A stretch of DNA of 63,028 nt, the filler included, from Craspedostauros australis (lineage: Eukaryota): NCBI GenBank assembly GCA_030167865.1. It is 14 parts of 14 records of this genome, joined end to end, with 100 filler letters (N's around TTAATTAATTAA, not from the genome) between each part and the next. Parts side by side here need not be neighbours in the genome. Positions count along the whole stretch, not along the records: positions 1 to 16,318 come from JALAGF010000300.1; positions 16,419 to 27,879 come from JALAGF010000302.1; 12 more parts are not named here. The stretch is one strand, 5' to 3'. The notes below the pieces were generated by a model that saw only the letters and a list, made by a program, of their open reading frames with translations, did no database searches and was not told the DNA's origin. Below are positions 10,183 to 20,736 of the stretch, piece after piece. Each line of letters starts with the position of its first letter. The first letter of the stretch is position 1. Position numbers and translations under genes: made by a program.

Positions 10183-13100
10183 ATGGGAACAATGGCATCC
10201 GAAAACACGCCAGCCAATGCGCAGAGAACAGAGATGCAAGGCGTTCCGCAGGACATGGGCGACTCGGATGGGGGATACAGCAGCACCTCATCTCATTTCT
10301 CCTCCAACTCGTCAACAAGCCCTGGTGCCAGTCAGGTCTCCGACATGCAACGATCCACCGAATCTCCTGACGGCAACAGCAGCAGCTACCGCCGTCGGTC
10401 CAACAGGATCTCGGGTGTGGAGTCGAGGCGTCTCTCGTGGCTGCGGGTCGTCGTCTTTGGCTGTCTCCTCGCCTCTGCCTTCGCCACGGCTGGATTGGTC
10501 TACCGCTACATCCGCCTGGATCAGGAGAGGGACTTTCGGGATCAGTACGACTCTCACGTAAGTCTCCTCCTTCTCAACTTTATGTTGCTACTGTTAGGTC
10601 GTATAATGCTCATGTTCGCACCTATGCTTGAGTGATAGTGCGGGCACGAGTGCGGCATGGACCTCCAGTGTTCTCACCTCGTCTCTTCTTCCAACACACT
10701 TCGCTTTCGCATTCCACGGTACATACTATTCTGTGCTTCACCACTATACGTACACAACTTCAGTCCAACCGGGTCTTCCAGCTCTTTCACAAGTCGCTCG
10801 ATGACATGCTCAGGGCATTGGACAACTTCTCCATGTCCATCACCATGTACGCCAAGGAATCAGGCTCCACCTTTCCCAATGTCACCGTTTGTAAGTATAA
10901 CATAATACCATACAGCGCAGCACGGTCGAGCGGATGCAGCACGCTGCCTGCTCCAACCCATCCAATCTCTGCTCGTTGTTCATCATACATTCATCACTGT
11001 GCTTCGCACAAGTACTTTTCATTCTCTGACCACCATCTATGCTGCTCTACTCTACTCTACGAAACACTGCCGCACACACTGCCGCACACACTGCTGTACA
11101 CACTCGTACACACTGCTGTGTTCGACTATTATACATTCGATTCCATTCCAACCACAGCCAACTTCGAGGTGAGAGGAGCCAACGCCCGCATCCTGTCAGA
11201 GGCATCGCTCATCTACTACCTCCCGCTCGTCAACGATGAAGATCGTCTCGGGTGGGAGGCATACTCGCGCGAAAACTATCAGCAAGTCAGGGAGTCTCAT
11301 GTGAGGGATACGGAGTTCAGACTGGACCAGGATCGACGATTCGGATACGGCGACGGGGGCCGGGCACTTCATAGCGCGGGTCAAGCGGATCAAGCGCACC
11401 CGCTTCCCACCCCTCATGGTCCCCAGGATCGCCGTCTGCATCTCAACGGCGGCAAAATGCATCCGTGGATTCACACGTACGATTACACGGAAGACCAAGG
11501 CCCAGAGAAGCCTTTGCCGTACGGAACAGGCCCCTTCCTGCCGCTGTGGCAGATGTCACCAGCGCTCAACCTCACGGACGTCGTCAACATGGACTTCTTG
11601 AGATTCCCACACCTGACTGAAGGGCTCGAAGCCTGCATGACCACGGGCGAAGCGATCGTCGACAAGGCGCACAACCTCCAGGATCCCAATCCGGAAGAAT
11701 CCCTCGGAGAAGTCAACAACGACATATTCGCATCCATCCTCGCTCTGGGACAGTTCCGCCATGACAGCGGGGATTACTTGGGAGACCCGGTCAGCGCCAT
11801 GAACTACCCCGTCTTCGACACCTTCGATGTCACCAGCCGAAAGGTCGTGGGCGTGGTGTACAGCATCGTGTACTGGAGGTTGCACTTTCGCAACCTCCTT
11901 CCCGACGATGTGTCCGGCATCGTCTGCGTCGTCACCAACCGCCACGGCCAGGAATTCTCCTTCCGCGTCGACGGTACCGAGGTCACCTACCTGGGCAAGT
12001 CGGATCTGCACGATCCCAGCTACGACTCCATGGTGCGCGAGGCCGATCTGGTGCAGTACATCAACTCCATCAAGTCCCCGCAGACACGATCGTACACGGC
12101 CGCGGAGCTCAACAAGGAATTCGGTGGCTACAAGCTGCGGGTGTACCCAACATCCATGCTCGAGGACGATTACATCACGTCGAAGCCGTTGCTGTACGCC
12201 GGGATTGTCCTCGCCGTCTTCCTCTTCACGTCCGCTGTGTTCATCCTGTACGATTGCCTCGTCGAGAAGCGGCAGCGTGTTGTGATGGATCAGGCGTTGA
12301 AATCGGACGCCGTCGTGTCGTCGCTGTTCCCGGAGACCGTGCGAGAACGATTGTACGGAGAGCATGGCAAGCGCACGCCTGGGCAGGAGGGCAAGCCCCA
12401 CGGCGCCGTCAAGAACCCGCTCAGCCAAGCCAAGTGGAAGTACTCGAGCAAGGCGGGTGATCATTCGGAGAGCGCCAGCACTTCCCTGCGAGATGACAAC
12501 AAACCGAGCGATGGATCCATGAAGAAGACGGGCGAGAGGTTCAGCACCACGCCCATCGCGGATAAATTCGAGCACACGAGCATCCTGTTTGCAGACATCG
12601 CCGGATTCACGCGTTGGAGTTCCTCGCGGACTCCAGAGGACGTGTTCCATCTGTTGGAGACGCTGTACGGAGGCTTCGACCGTCTGGCCCGCCGTCGCAA
12701 GGTGTTCAAGGTGGAGACCATTGGAGACTGCTATCTGGCCGCGACTGGATTGCCAGCACCGCAGGTACGTCTATTCGTACCACACACATGGCACATTCAC
12801 ATTTTGAAGTGACTGTGTGATTCCATTGGTTCCGCACCGTAGCCGTTATCGAATCATGACATTGGCATGTACACAGCATCAGCTCACCTCCCGCTCTCTC
12901 TATCTATCTATCTATCTATCGATCTCTTCTCCGACATTCACTGCACGGTGCTCGTGCGAACACGCAACACGCAACACTCTCCTCGTGACCAAATGCAACG
13001 TGCGACACACACGGCAGGTTGAACATGCCGTGATAATGTGCCGATTCGCAAGCGATTGCCTGAGGAAGATCCATCACATCCTGACGGAGCTGTCGCAGGA

Positions 13101-13476
13101 GCTTGGCAAGGACACGATGGATCTGGCGATGCGCATCGGAATCCACTCCGGTCCTGTGACTGCCGGTGTGCTGCGCGGTGAGAAATCCCGCTTCCAGCTG
13201 TTCGGCGACACCGTCAACACGGCCTCGCGGATGGAGAGCACGGGCGAGAAGAACCGCATCCACTGCTCCCAGTCCACGGCGGATGAACTGATCATGCACG
13301 GTTGGGGGCGGTGGCTGTCCGCTCGCAAGGGGTTGGTGTCGGCGAAGGGCAAGGGGGAGATGCAGACGTACTTCGTGTCGTTGGAATCGTCGGAGAGAAC
13401 GAAGCGAGTATCGATGAGCGAAAGCAACCAAGGCAGCAGCAGTCATCCTGACGAACCGTCCGAGAGCTATGAATGA
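10183..13476 (+). CDS. Receptor-type class III adenylate/guanylate cyclase (2 TM flanking a CHASE-like sensor). Exons 10183-10557, 10764-10890, 11158-12764, 13018-13476
   Basis: GT-AG introns 10558-10763 (GTAAGT..CAG), 10891-11157 (GTAAGT..CAG) and 12765-13017 (GTACGT..CAG) join the ORFs in frame. Cyclase motifs SILFADIAGFTRWSS, KVETIGDCY, RIGIHSGPVTAGVL, RFQLFGDTVNTASRMESTG, KGKGEMQTY. TM helices near LRVVVFGCLLASAFATAGLVY and LLYAGIVLAVFLFTSAVFILYD. Confidence 0.92.
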
Positions 13477-13964
13477 ATAAATGAATCGATGTAGTGGATG
13501 CAGTGGATGCAATAGGTGCAATGGATGCAATGGATGCGCCGAGAGCCACAGGGGAGAAGGAAGATAGGGGGACTTGCAAAGCCATGCGAATCAAGGTATG
13601 CACGTACGCACGATGTGAGGGGAAGGGAACCATTTGTCATAGAACTATCGTGCTATACTAGTACGAGAATGGAACACCGTGTTTGAACCATAGCCTGATG
13701 GAGTACTTGAGAGCACCATCATGCTGTTATACGTACGAGTATTATTCATTTCTACATCTTGCCATTATGTGATTGTATGCACTCTGCTCGGATGTACTGG
13801 TGTGTTGCCATCCTTTTGGCGAGATCGACGGACATATCAAAGCTGTGCGAGAAGTCTGCGAAGCTGCAAAGAGACGAAGCTGCTCATGGGTGCACTCATA
13901 GCTCATACGCCCGTGAGTAGGGTGTAAGACAAGAGTACTGCAGTGGCATGCTGGATGCCTCTCC

Positions 13965-14042
13965 CACTATTGTTCACAAATTGCCCGGCATCGCTCCCAA
14001 TGCTGGGAGGAGCCACAGAAACAATTCGGTCATTCAGAGCGC
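13965..14042 (-). promoter_or_regulatory. Candidate (non-canonical) SECIS element in the 3' UTR of the DsbA-like gene
   Basis: Minus strand reads AUGAC-CGAAUUGUUU...CUCCCA-GCAU-UGGGAG...GGGCAAUUUG-UGAA. This gives a UGAN/NGAN core (14033-14029 / 13976-13973), a 10-bp helix II and an apical mini-stem. It lacks the usual unpaired AA and is slightly long. Confidence 0.4.
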
Positions 14043-14254
14043 TTGATCTTTGCCTTCGCTTCACTTCCGTCCCCACGCGTCTCATTCCGTTCCTCTCATC
14101 GATGCTGCTGTCGATGTTGACGCGATGATACTCTTCAAATATAATATAATCGAATGCAGTACGTACGTATGGTACGCCTGCACATCGCGCAATGCCATGC
14201 AACGCAACGCGATGCAATCCTGATGCGATGCGAAAGGAAGCCGCAAGCACAGGT

Positions 14255-14953
14255 TTATGCTTGGGCCGCCTCTTCCAGCTGCTCCGCGATGACATCGGCC
14301 GGGTAGGCACCGGAGAAGGCCGTGGGGGTCTGGTTCGGCTTGTTGGAGTCGATGACGACGAAGGGCACGCCGCGCACACCGAACTTCCTGCGGGTGGCGT
14401 CCACCTTCTTCGTGACCTCGGCCTGCTTGTCTGGCGTCACTGCGGCCGCGACTTCTTCCGCAGACACATCCACGGCCTTGGCAAAGGTAGCGAGTACTTC
14501 GGTATTCGAGATGTCAGCGCCCTCCTCGAAGTACTTCTGGTACATGACCTCCATGAGACGGTTGGCCTTGTCGTTGGCGTCAGCGCCGCCGTTTTGCTGG
14601 ACGTAGTCGATGAGGGCGTGCGCCTTGTGCGTGGCGTAGACGTTGCGATCTGGGTCCCACTTGATGCCGTTCTCGCGCCCCATCTTGTTGAGGGGGGCGT
14701 TGGGATCCCTGAGCCTCGCCGCAGCAGCAGGACCGTACTTGCCGGCCAGGTGCTCCTCGATGGTCTCCGGCTTGGCCGTGGGATCCATCGAGGGATTGAG
14801 GTAGAAGGGCAACCACTCGAGGGCGATCTTCACGTTGGCCGAAGCGCTTGCTTTCTGCAAGTGCCTCAGCACAACGTAGCAGAAGGGTCACACGACGTCG
14901 CTGATCACGCGGACCCGCACGGGCTTGGTTGCTGCGGTTGCTGCCGAGCTCAT
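14255..14953 (-). CDS. DsbA/FrnE-like thiol-disulfide oxidoreductase, probable selenoprotein (Sec22 in a UxxC motif), 232 aa
   Basis: ATG at 14953 gives MSSAATAATKPVRVRVISDVV-TGA(14890-14888)-PFCYVVLRHL..., in frame with the 205-aa ORF. The TGA sits exactly at the first Cys of the DsbA D-x-x-C-P-x-C motif. cis-Pro loop GVRGVPFVVI and W-x-P-F-x-L-N-P motif are present. Confidence 0.88.
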
Positions 14954-14970
14954 CTTGCTTCGAGTCTACC

Positions 14971-15045
14971 TGATGTGTTCAACGATTGATGTGTTCAACG
15001 ATTGATGTGTTCAACGATTGATTGATGTGTTCAACGACTGATGTG
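14971..15045. repeat. 16-bp tandem repeat (TGATGTGTTCAACGAT) x~4.5 immediately upstream of the DsbA start
   Basis: Direct reading. Confidence 0.85.
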
Positions 15046-16318
15046 CTGAATAGTCTATCGGAAGATCCTTCTTACCTTTCAACTGTCGCAGCGTATCTGT
15101 TTTATGGCAGCTTCATCAGCATCAACACCAAAATCAGCGCCATCCACCAATGCACATCGACAGCAACATCTCCAATGTCAGCAACATGAACGGCGTCGAC
15201 AACGCCATCGCCATCGCCACGTCCCACGTCAACAGACAACACGTCTGCGAACGAGAAGGAGGAGCGAGAGCGGTATCACAGAAACTGCCAAGGAACACAC
15301 CATGGTGCGCATACTATCGACGCGATGAGAAGCGTCCTTGCATGTCGCCGTCCTTGTTCTCCGGAACCACCTTAACTTCACCGTTTGGAGTGAAGTGACA
15401 AGCGGGAAGTTGACATCTAGTGCAACGACTATTCGGCAGAATTCGATCGAATTCCGAGGAGGGTCACCCTCTTGGCAGCATCGACCTGGTCGACCACAGG
15501 CTTGTCGATTCCATCGACCAACTCGAACAGTTGAGAATGTGACAACCATGTCGGATACTCTACTAAATTTTGTATTGGTTTCAGACATGCCAAAACTTCG
15601 TTCTTGGTTCTTCTTGAGGTTCGCATTGGGTTCCCATTATTATCTTCTCGTCGGCAATAGTAATGTTGATCGTTCTCTGGCTTTGCCTTTCTGTCCTTGT
15701 GCACAATCTGGCGCCTGCGTTCAGGTTGTCATGTATTCTATTCTACAATCTATTTGCTGTGATGGTGGAGTGCGGGTTGGCACAGTTGCTCATGCAATGG
15801 TCTTCGAGCAGAGTCACTGTTGGCACAACAAGTACATGTGATTGTGGAAGCAAAGGTGTTGAGTTGGTGCTGTTGGGGAGTGTTGCAGCCGTACCGTCTC
15901 TGTTGTTGGCGAAACCAAGCAAAGCATCTCAGAATTCAGTTGAAGAAAGATGTGTTCGTTGACGTCATCGCGACTTTGGGGTGTTGACACATATTTCTCT
16001 AGATTGTTCGTTGTAGACTTCTCGTCCATGTCTTCAAAAGATGCCACCAACCGGACATCAAAAAGAAAAATCCAAATGACCGGCGTCGGTTGTTTGCCAC
16101 CGACAACCAAACCAAAAGAAACGAAGCCAACACACACAAGAATGCATGTGCAAGAGGAGACAGGAGAGCTCACAAAAACAAGAGACAATCACCATACCAA
16201 TCCTCGTGGTTCATCTAATACTTCATCACACAGCGTCTCGCTCTTTGCCTCTTCACCCTCACCCTTCGCCCTTCACCAGCACCATGCCCCGCAGAAAGAA
16301 ACAGCGCACCAACAAGGC

Positions 16319-16418
16319 NNNNNNNNNNNNNNNNNNNNNNNNNNNNNNNNNNNNNNNNNNNNTTAATTAATTAANNNNNNNNNNNNNNNNNNNNNNNNNN
16401 NNNNNNNNNNNNNNNNNN
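16319..16418. other. Artificial scaffold linker N44-TTAATTAATTAA-N44 (recurs at ~27880, 30184, 36025, 43841, 45767, 47381, 50062, 51599, 55690, 58143, 59838, 61759)
   Basis: Identical 100-bp linker carrying stops in all six frames. Confidence 0.97.
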
Positions 16419-16420
16419 TT

Positions 16421-16595
16421 GAGTACCTTCACCTACTCTGGAGTACTTTCGTCGAGTCTGGAGTACTTTCACCTAATCCTAATTACTTTCGTCGAGTCTG
16501 GAGTACTTTCACCTACTCTCGAGTACTTTCGTCGAGTCTGGAGTACTTTCACCTAGTCCTGAGTACTTTCACCTACTCTCGAGTACTTTCACCTA
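16421..16595. repeat. 20-bp minisatellite with alternating variants (GAGTACTTTC+ACCTACTCTS / GAGTACTTTC+GTCGAGTCTG), ~9 units, truncated by gap
   Basis: Direct reading; 40-bp higher-order periodicity. Confidence 0.9.
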
Positions 16596-16936
16596 TTTTG
16601 TTTTTGAACCAGGATTTGTCTTGATTTGAATTTACAGACGTTAATTAACGTTATAACTACTGCATGCAAGTATTCGGTTTAGTCAAACAGGCAATCCGAA
16701 CAGGACAATTGGCAGAGAAGTCGTACCGACTCACGACTCAGCCTGATCGTGTTTCGTCGGTTTTCCCGTGTCTTGCTGCACAGATGTGGATACACACAAA
16801 CGGTTCGTTCTATCAACTGGCGCCAACCTCTAAACTGCACATAACCAATCCGCGACTCCACTGGTTTCCCTCGTTTTGTGTTGTCTCTCTCTCTCTCTCT
16901 CTCTGGACACTCCAACGCAAGACAAGACAAGGCACC

Positions 16937-19241
16937 ATGACGACCTTTGACTTGAAGAAGAGCAAGTCGCAGTCGTCGATGGGTTCCAACGAAGACAGCC
17001 GCAACAGCCGTGGCTTCTACGGAGACCATGGAGACAACGAGGACAGCTTCAGCGAGAGCAGCTTCGACGACAGCACTGACAGCGGCGACGAGAGCAAGTG
17101 CGAGCTGCAGCCTCCCAACCTCCACAACCGCGCTCGCAGGCTCGGCCACGCTCCCAGTCCTTCCGTAGGCCAGCACAGCAGCAAACTCAACAACTACACG
17201 CCAGGTTATACACCAAGTCCCGCCAAGGGCATCACGTTCATGCGCAGGCGGAGGCACAAGCCCAGCGGCAGACGCGGCGACGAACCATTCCTGCGCCTGT
17301 TCGCGAAGGTGGGCGTCCGCGTCTGCGCCATCTTCGCCACGATCTACTACATCATCGTGGCCGACATGCTGTCCCTCCTGCGCAGAGATCATCAGACCAA
17401 GATGGACGATCAGCTGCGCGCCAACACCCTAGACTACCCCGCCTTCTCCAGGGACCGGGCCACTGCCAACGATGAGGAGCTCCTGCTGCGCACCAACCTG
17501 CAGCGGCTGAATGAGGCTGATGCCCAGTCTCGCGGCAAGCAGCTGCGCGCCAACGACCCGCTCGACTTCCCGTCCTCCTACATCCTCCACGACTTCACCA
17601 ACCAGCCCGATGCCTTCTCCATCTACCAGCAGCGCAAGGATCGCTCTTACAACGACCCGCATGCCGTCTTCTGGAAGGAGGCGTACGAACTGCAAGCCGA
17701 CTTTGCGCATCACTACGGCGACGACAACGAGCACCTCGCTCGCGCCGTCATCCACAGGAGCTTCCAGTTCCTCACAGAATCAAACGTGTCCCAGGAAGTG
17801 GCGTTGCGGGCCTTCGGAATGTCCATGCAGCAGTCCCATACCCTGTCCGTCGTCGTCTTCGGATCATCCTCGGCCGCCGGCTACGGCAATCTCGCGCAGC
17901 ATGCCTACCCCAACCAGCTCACGCAATTCCTGGGCATCGAGGATGTGCACATTCACAGCCTTGCCAGAGAACGCGGGGATTTCGAACCCACGCTCTTGTG
18001 CTCCGACCTTCCCTCGGCCGACATTGTCATTTACGATCAACCCAACGCGGATCTATTGCATCTCGAGGCCACGTTGCGCCATGCCATCAGCAAGTCCAGC
18101 CATCCATTCGCGCTCATTGTCGTGCAAGCTTCCGTTCCGGATGCGCAAACGCAGTTGCTGCAGAGGTGAGTTGCGAGACATTGCATTGCACTGCGTCGTT
18201 TTGCGTTGCGTTGTGTTGCGAACTATTGTATTATATGTTGCATCAAAGTGCAGCTGTGATCCGTTGCTGCATTCCATCACGTGCCAACTCAACCAACCAT
18301 TTCCCCACTCTCTTTCATCATCTCACAGCTACGTCAATAAGGGCTACGTGTCGCACGTGCTCTTCGTCGACATCGAGGCGTCCGCACGACCATTCCTCAA
18401 AGTGCCGCAATCCGAGCGACCGCAAGGATTCCATCTGTGGCAAGATTATGCGTCCAGGTATCCATTCGGAAGGAGAAAGCCCAATTTCACCAAGCGGCAG
18501 CACGATTTCTTGGCGTCCCTCATTCGCATGCACATTCTCTCGGCCTTCCAGTCGGCGTTGTTGTCCGGCGGCAGTGGAGCACTGCGATTGCACACCATGC
18601 CTGCGTTGGAAGCACCCCTCGTGGAACATGACGACAAGTCGGCGCTTCTCCTTGGAAAACAGTCGTCACTAACAGATGTATGGACGATCGCAGATGTGCA
18701 GTGCAGAACCACATACAGGCCCTTGACGGATCAGATGATGAGGCTCGAGGATCTCCTCGAGTCCGGGACGGTCGCGACTGACCTGGATATTTTCAAACCG
18801 CGCGGCACCCGCCAGTATCACAGCGGCTGGGTCTACGATATCGATTCCACCAAACGCACCGAACGCAGTTTGCTGCTCAACTCCGAGCACGCCGGCTTTT
18901 TGGATAAGAACGCGGCGTACTGGGGCGTGGCATCGTCCGGCACCATCACCTTCGACATCCCCTTTTCCCATCAGTCCACGCTGATGCTGTGTGGAATGGA
19001 GCGCATGGATGTCTCCGACCAGCAATCGCCGTCTTGCCAATTGGACAAAGATATCGAATTCCAATTCACGCCGTCCAACCAACCGCCTTCCATTGAAGCG
19101 TTGGGATCCAGCAACTGCATTCTGGTTCGCGGAGTTCCTGTCCTGGAGAATGGTCCGTTGCAGTTATCGGCGAGGGTCACCAATACCCACGTCAACCTCC
19201 AGGATGGTGCCTGCTCCATCTCTCACATCCTCTGGTGGTAA
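16937..19241 (+). CDS. Type II membrane protein with SGNH/GDSL-like luminal domain. Exons 16937-18165, 18329-19241
   Basis: Intron 18166-18328 (GTGAGT..CACAG) joins QR/S-YVNKG in frame. Acidic/Ser N-terminus, single TM (VRVCAIFATIYYIIVA), SGNH block-I-like VVVFGSSSAAGYGN. Confidence 0.75.
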
Positions 19242-19383
19242 GCCGTTGTTGCAAAGTTCTGCATGTTTCATGGATGAGTTCATCATCCGTTTGCGGAAAC
19301 AGAATACACATCTGTACGTGATGCTATAAGTCTAAGTCAATTCTTTTTCTCTAATGCATTTATTTATATTTGATGTCGTAAGC

Positions 19384-20736
19384 TCACGCTGCGAGGCCGA
19401 CTCGTGCGGGGAACGGCGCGCGGTTCATCATGGACGGCGACACCCACTGGAAGTCGATGTCGCGCAGCCGGTTGATCCTCTTCGCCGTCAGCGTGGATCG
19501 TTGCCCGCTGCTGTGCAGGCGATACTGCCGCCGCTGTCCCTTCACCCAGATGCCCAGCGACGGGTTGTTGCTGTACACCGTGGGCACGTTGGTGTGACCG
19601 GTTCTGGCCTTGAAGGCGAGCAGGTCCTGGTACCGGTACTCCCAGGCAACCTCGTGCGAATCCCACACGAAACCCAGGGACTCCAGCTTGCTCTGCCGTT
19701 CGTCGGTCAGCGTGGTGTGATTGCCGTCCTGCTTCAGCTTGTACTGGCAACGCTGTCGCTTGATCCAGTGGGACAGGGTGCGGTCCGTGTTGGAATCGAC
19801 GAGGCAATGACCGTGCGTCTCGCGGTACTGGATGAGCTCGTGGTATCGTGCCTCCCACTGGTCAGCTTGGTACTTGCGGAATTTGATTGGTGATGCTGCG
19901 TTGTGGTGGTTGTGGAATGGTGCAAAGGGCGCAGCCTTGGTGGATGTCGGCGAGATTCTCGTGTCGCTGATCACTCTTCGTATCTTGGATGGAGGTGGGG
20001 ATGTCGCCGATGTCATCGAAGTCGACGATGGTGCAGATGTGGAGCACAGCAAGGAATGATGGGAATTGAACATGTCCATGTCGGCATGGAATCCGATCAG
20101 ACTCGCGTCGCCGTCACGGCAATGGTCGTTTCCGCTGTTGCTGATGCTGCTGCTGTTGCTGCTGCTGCTGATGTTGCTGGCATTGCTGTTGACACCCGCC
20201 TCCATGTCCACCAAGAAATGACGGACATCAGTGAATGCGTCAATCGGCTCGTTGTTGCATTCGACGTGGACGCTTCGACCTTGCGGAGGGCTGGTGTTGG
20301 TTGACCCGTCGGTTGCAACGGATGCGGGACTGCGGTGGTACGCGTCTTCTCGGAACAGCGATCGCAGGAAGGTCTCGACTTCATGCATTGGGACTGCCGA
20401 ACCGCACGAAGCGTCGCACGTGCAGTCGTTGTCCATGGTGGCGCCGATTTCTGCGTTGGCGTTGGAGTTGCGGCATTGGCCGAACGTGTCCTCCAATCGA
20501 ACCTCGTTGACGATGCGCATTCCTGTGTACTGGATGGGATCCGGGCCGACATCCTCGTCGTGATCATGATGGGATTTCCTCTTCTGGTTGCGCACCATGC
20601 CGTTCATGTTCATGGCGGTGGTCATGTTCATCGTCATGGTTGCGCTGTCGACTGGAAAGAAGACATCGTTGTCGGATGTGGTGACTATGGTGTTGCTGTG
20701 CTTGTATTGTGTGGAAGTTGGTGTGAACATCATCAT
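19384..20736 (-). CDS. Helicase-associated (HA) domain protein, paralog 1 (two C-terminal HA domains); ORF is open back to 21000
   Basis: KFRKYQADQWEARYHELIQYRETHGHCLV...LSHWIKRQRCQY...LESLGFVWDSHEVAWEYRYQDL...GHTNVP...LGIWVKGQRRQY...LRDIDFQW. Start placed at MMMFTP after a CA-rich leader. Confidence 0.85.
   Translation of the reverse strand: MMMFTPTSTQYKHSNTIVTTSDNDVFFPVDSATMTMNMTTAMNMNGMVRNQKRKSHHDHDEDVGPDPIQYTGMRIVNEVRLEDTFGQCRNSNANAEIGATMDNDCTCDASCGSAVPMHEVETFLRSLFREDAYHRSPASVATDGSTNTSPPQGRSVHVECNNEPIDAFTDVRHFLVDMEAGVNSNASNISSSSNSSSISNSGNDHCRDGDASLIGFHADMDMFNSHHSLLCSTSAPSSTSMTSATSPPPSKIRRVISDTRISPTSTKAAPFAPFHNHHNAASPIKFRKYQADQWEARYHELIQYRETHGHCLVDSNTDRTLSHWIKRQRCQYKLKQDGNHTTLTDERQSKLESLGFVWDSHEVAWEYRYQDLLAFKARTGHTNVPTVYSNNPSLGIWVKGQRRQYRLHSSGQRSTLTAKRINRLRDIDFQWVSPSMMNRAPFPARVGLAA

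Noticed and set aside
16284..16318. Possible gene start MPRRKKQRTNK
   Set aside because: Only 11 codons before the gap; cannot be supported.
16363..16374. Recurrent TTAATTAATTAA motif within N runs
   Set aside because: Artificial six-frame-stop scaffold linker, not biological.
16421..16595. CRISPR-like constant/variable alternation
   Set aside because: Constant part is only 10 bp, the 'spacers' are 10 bp and recur, there are no cas genes, and the context is eukaryotic.
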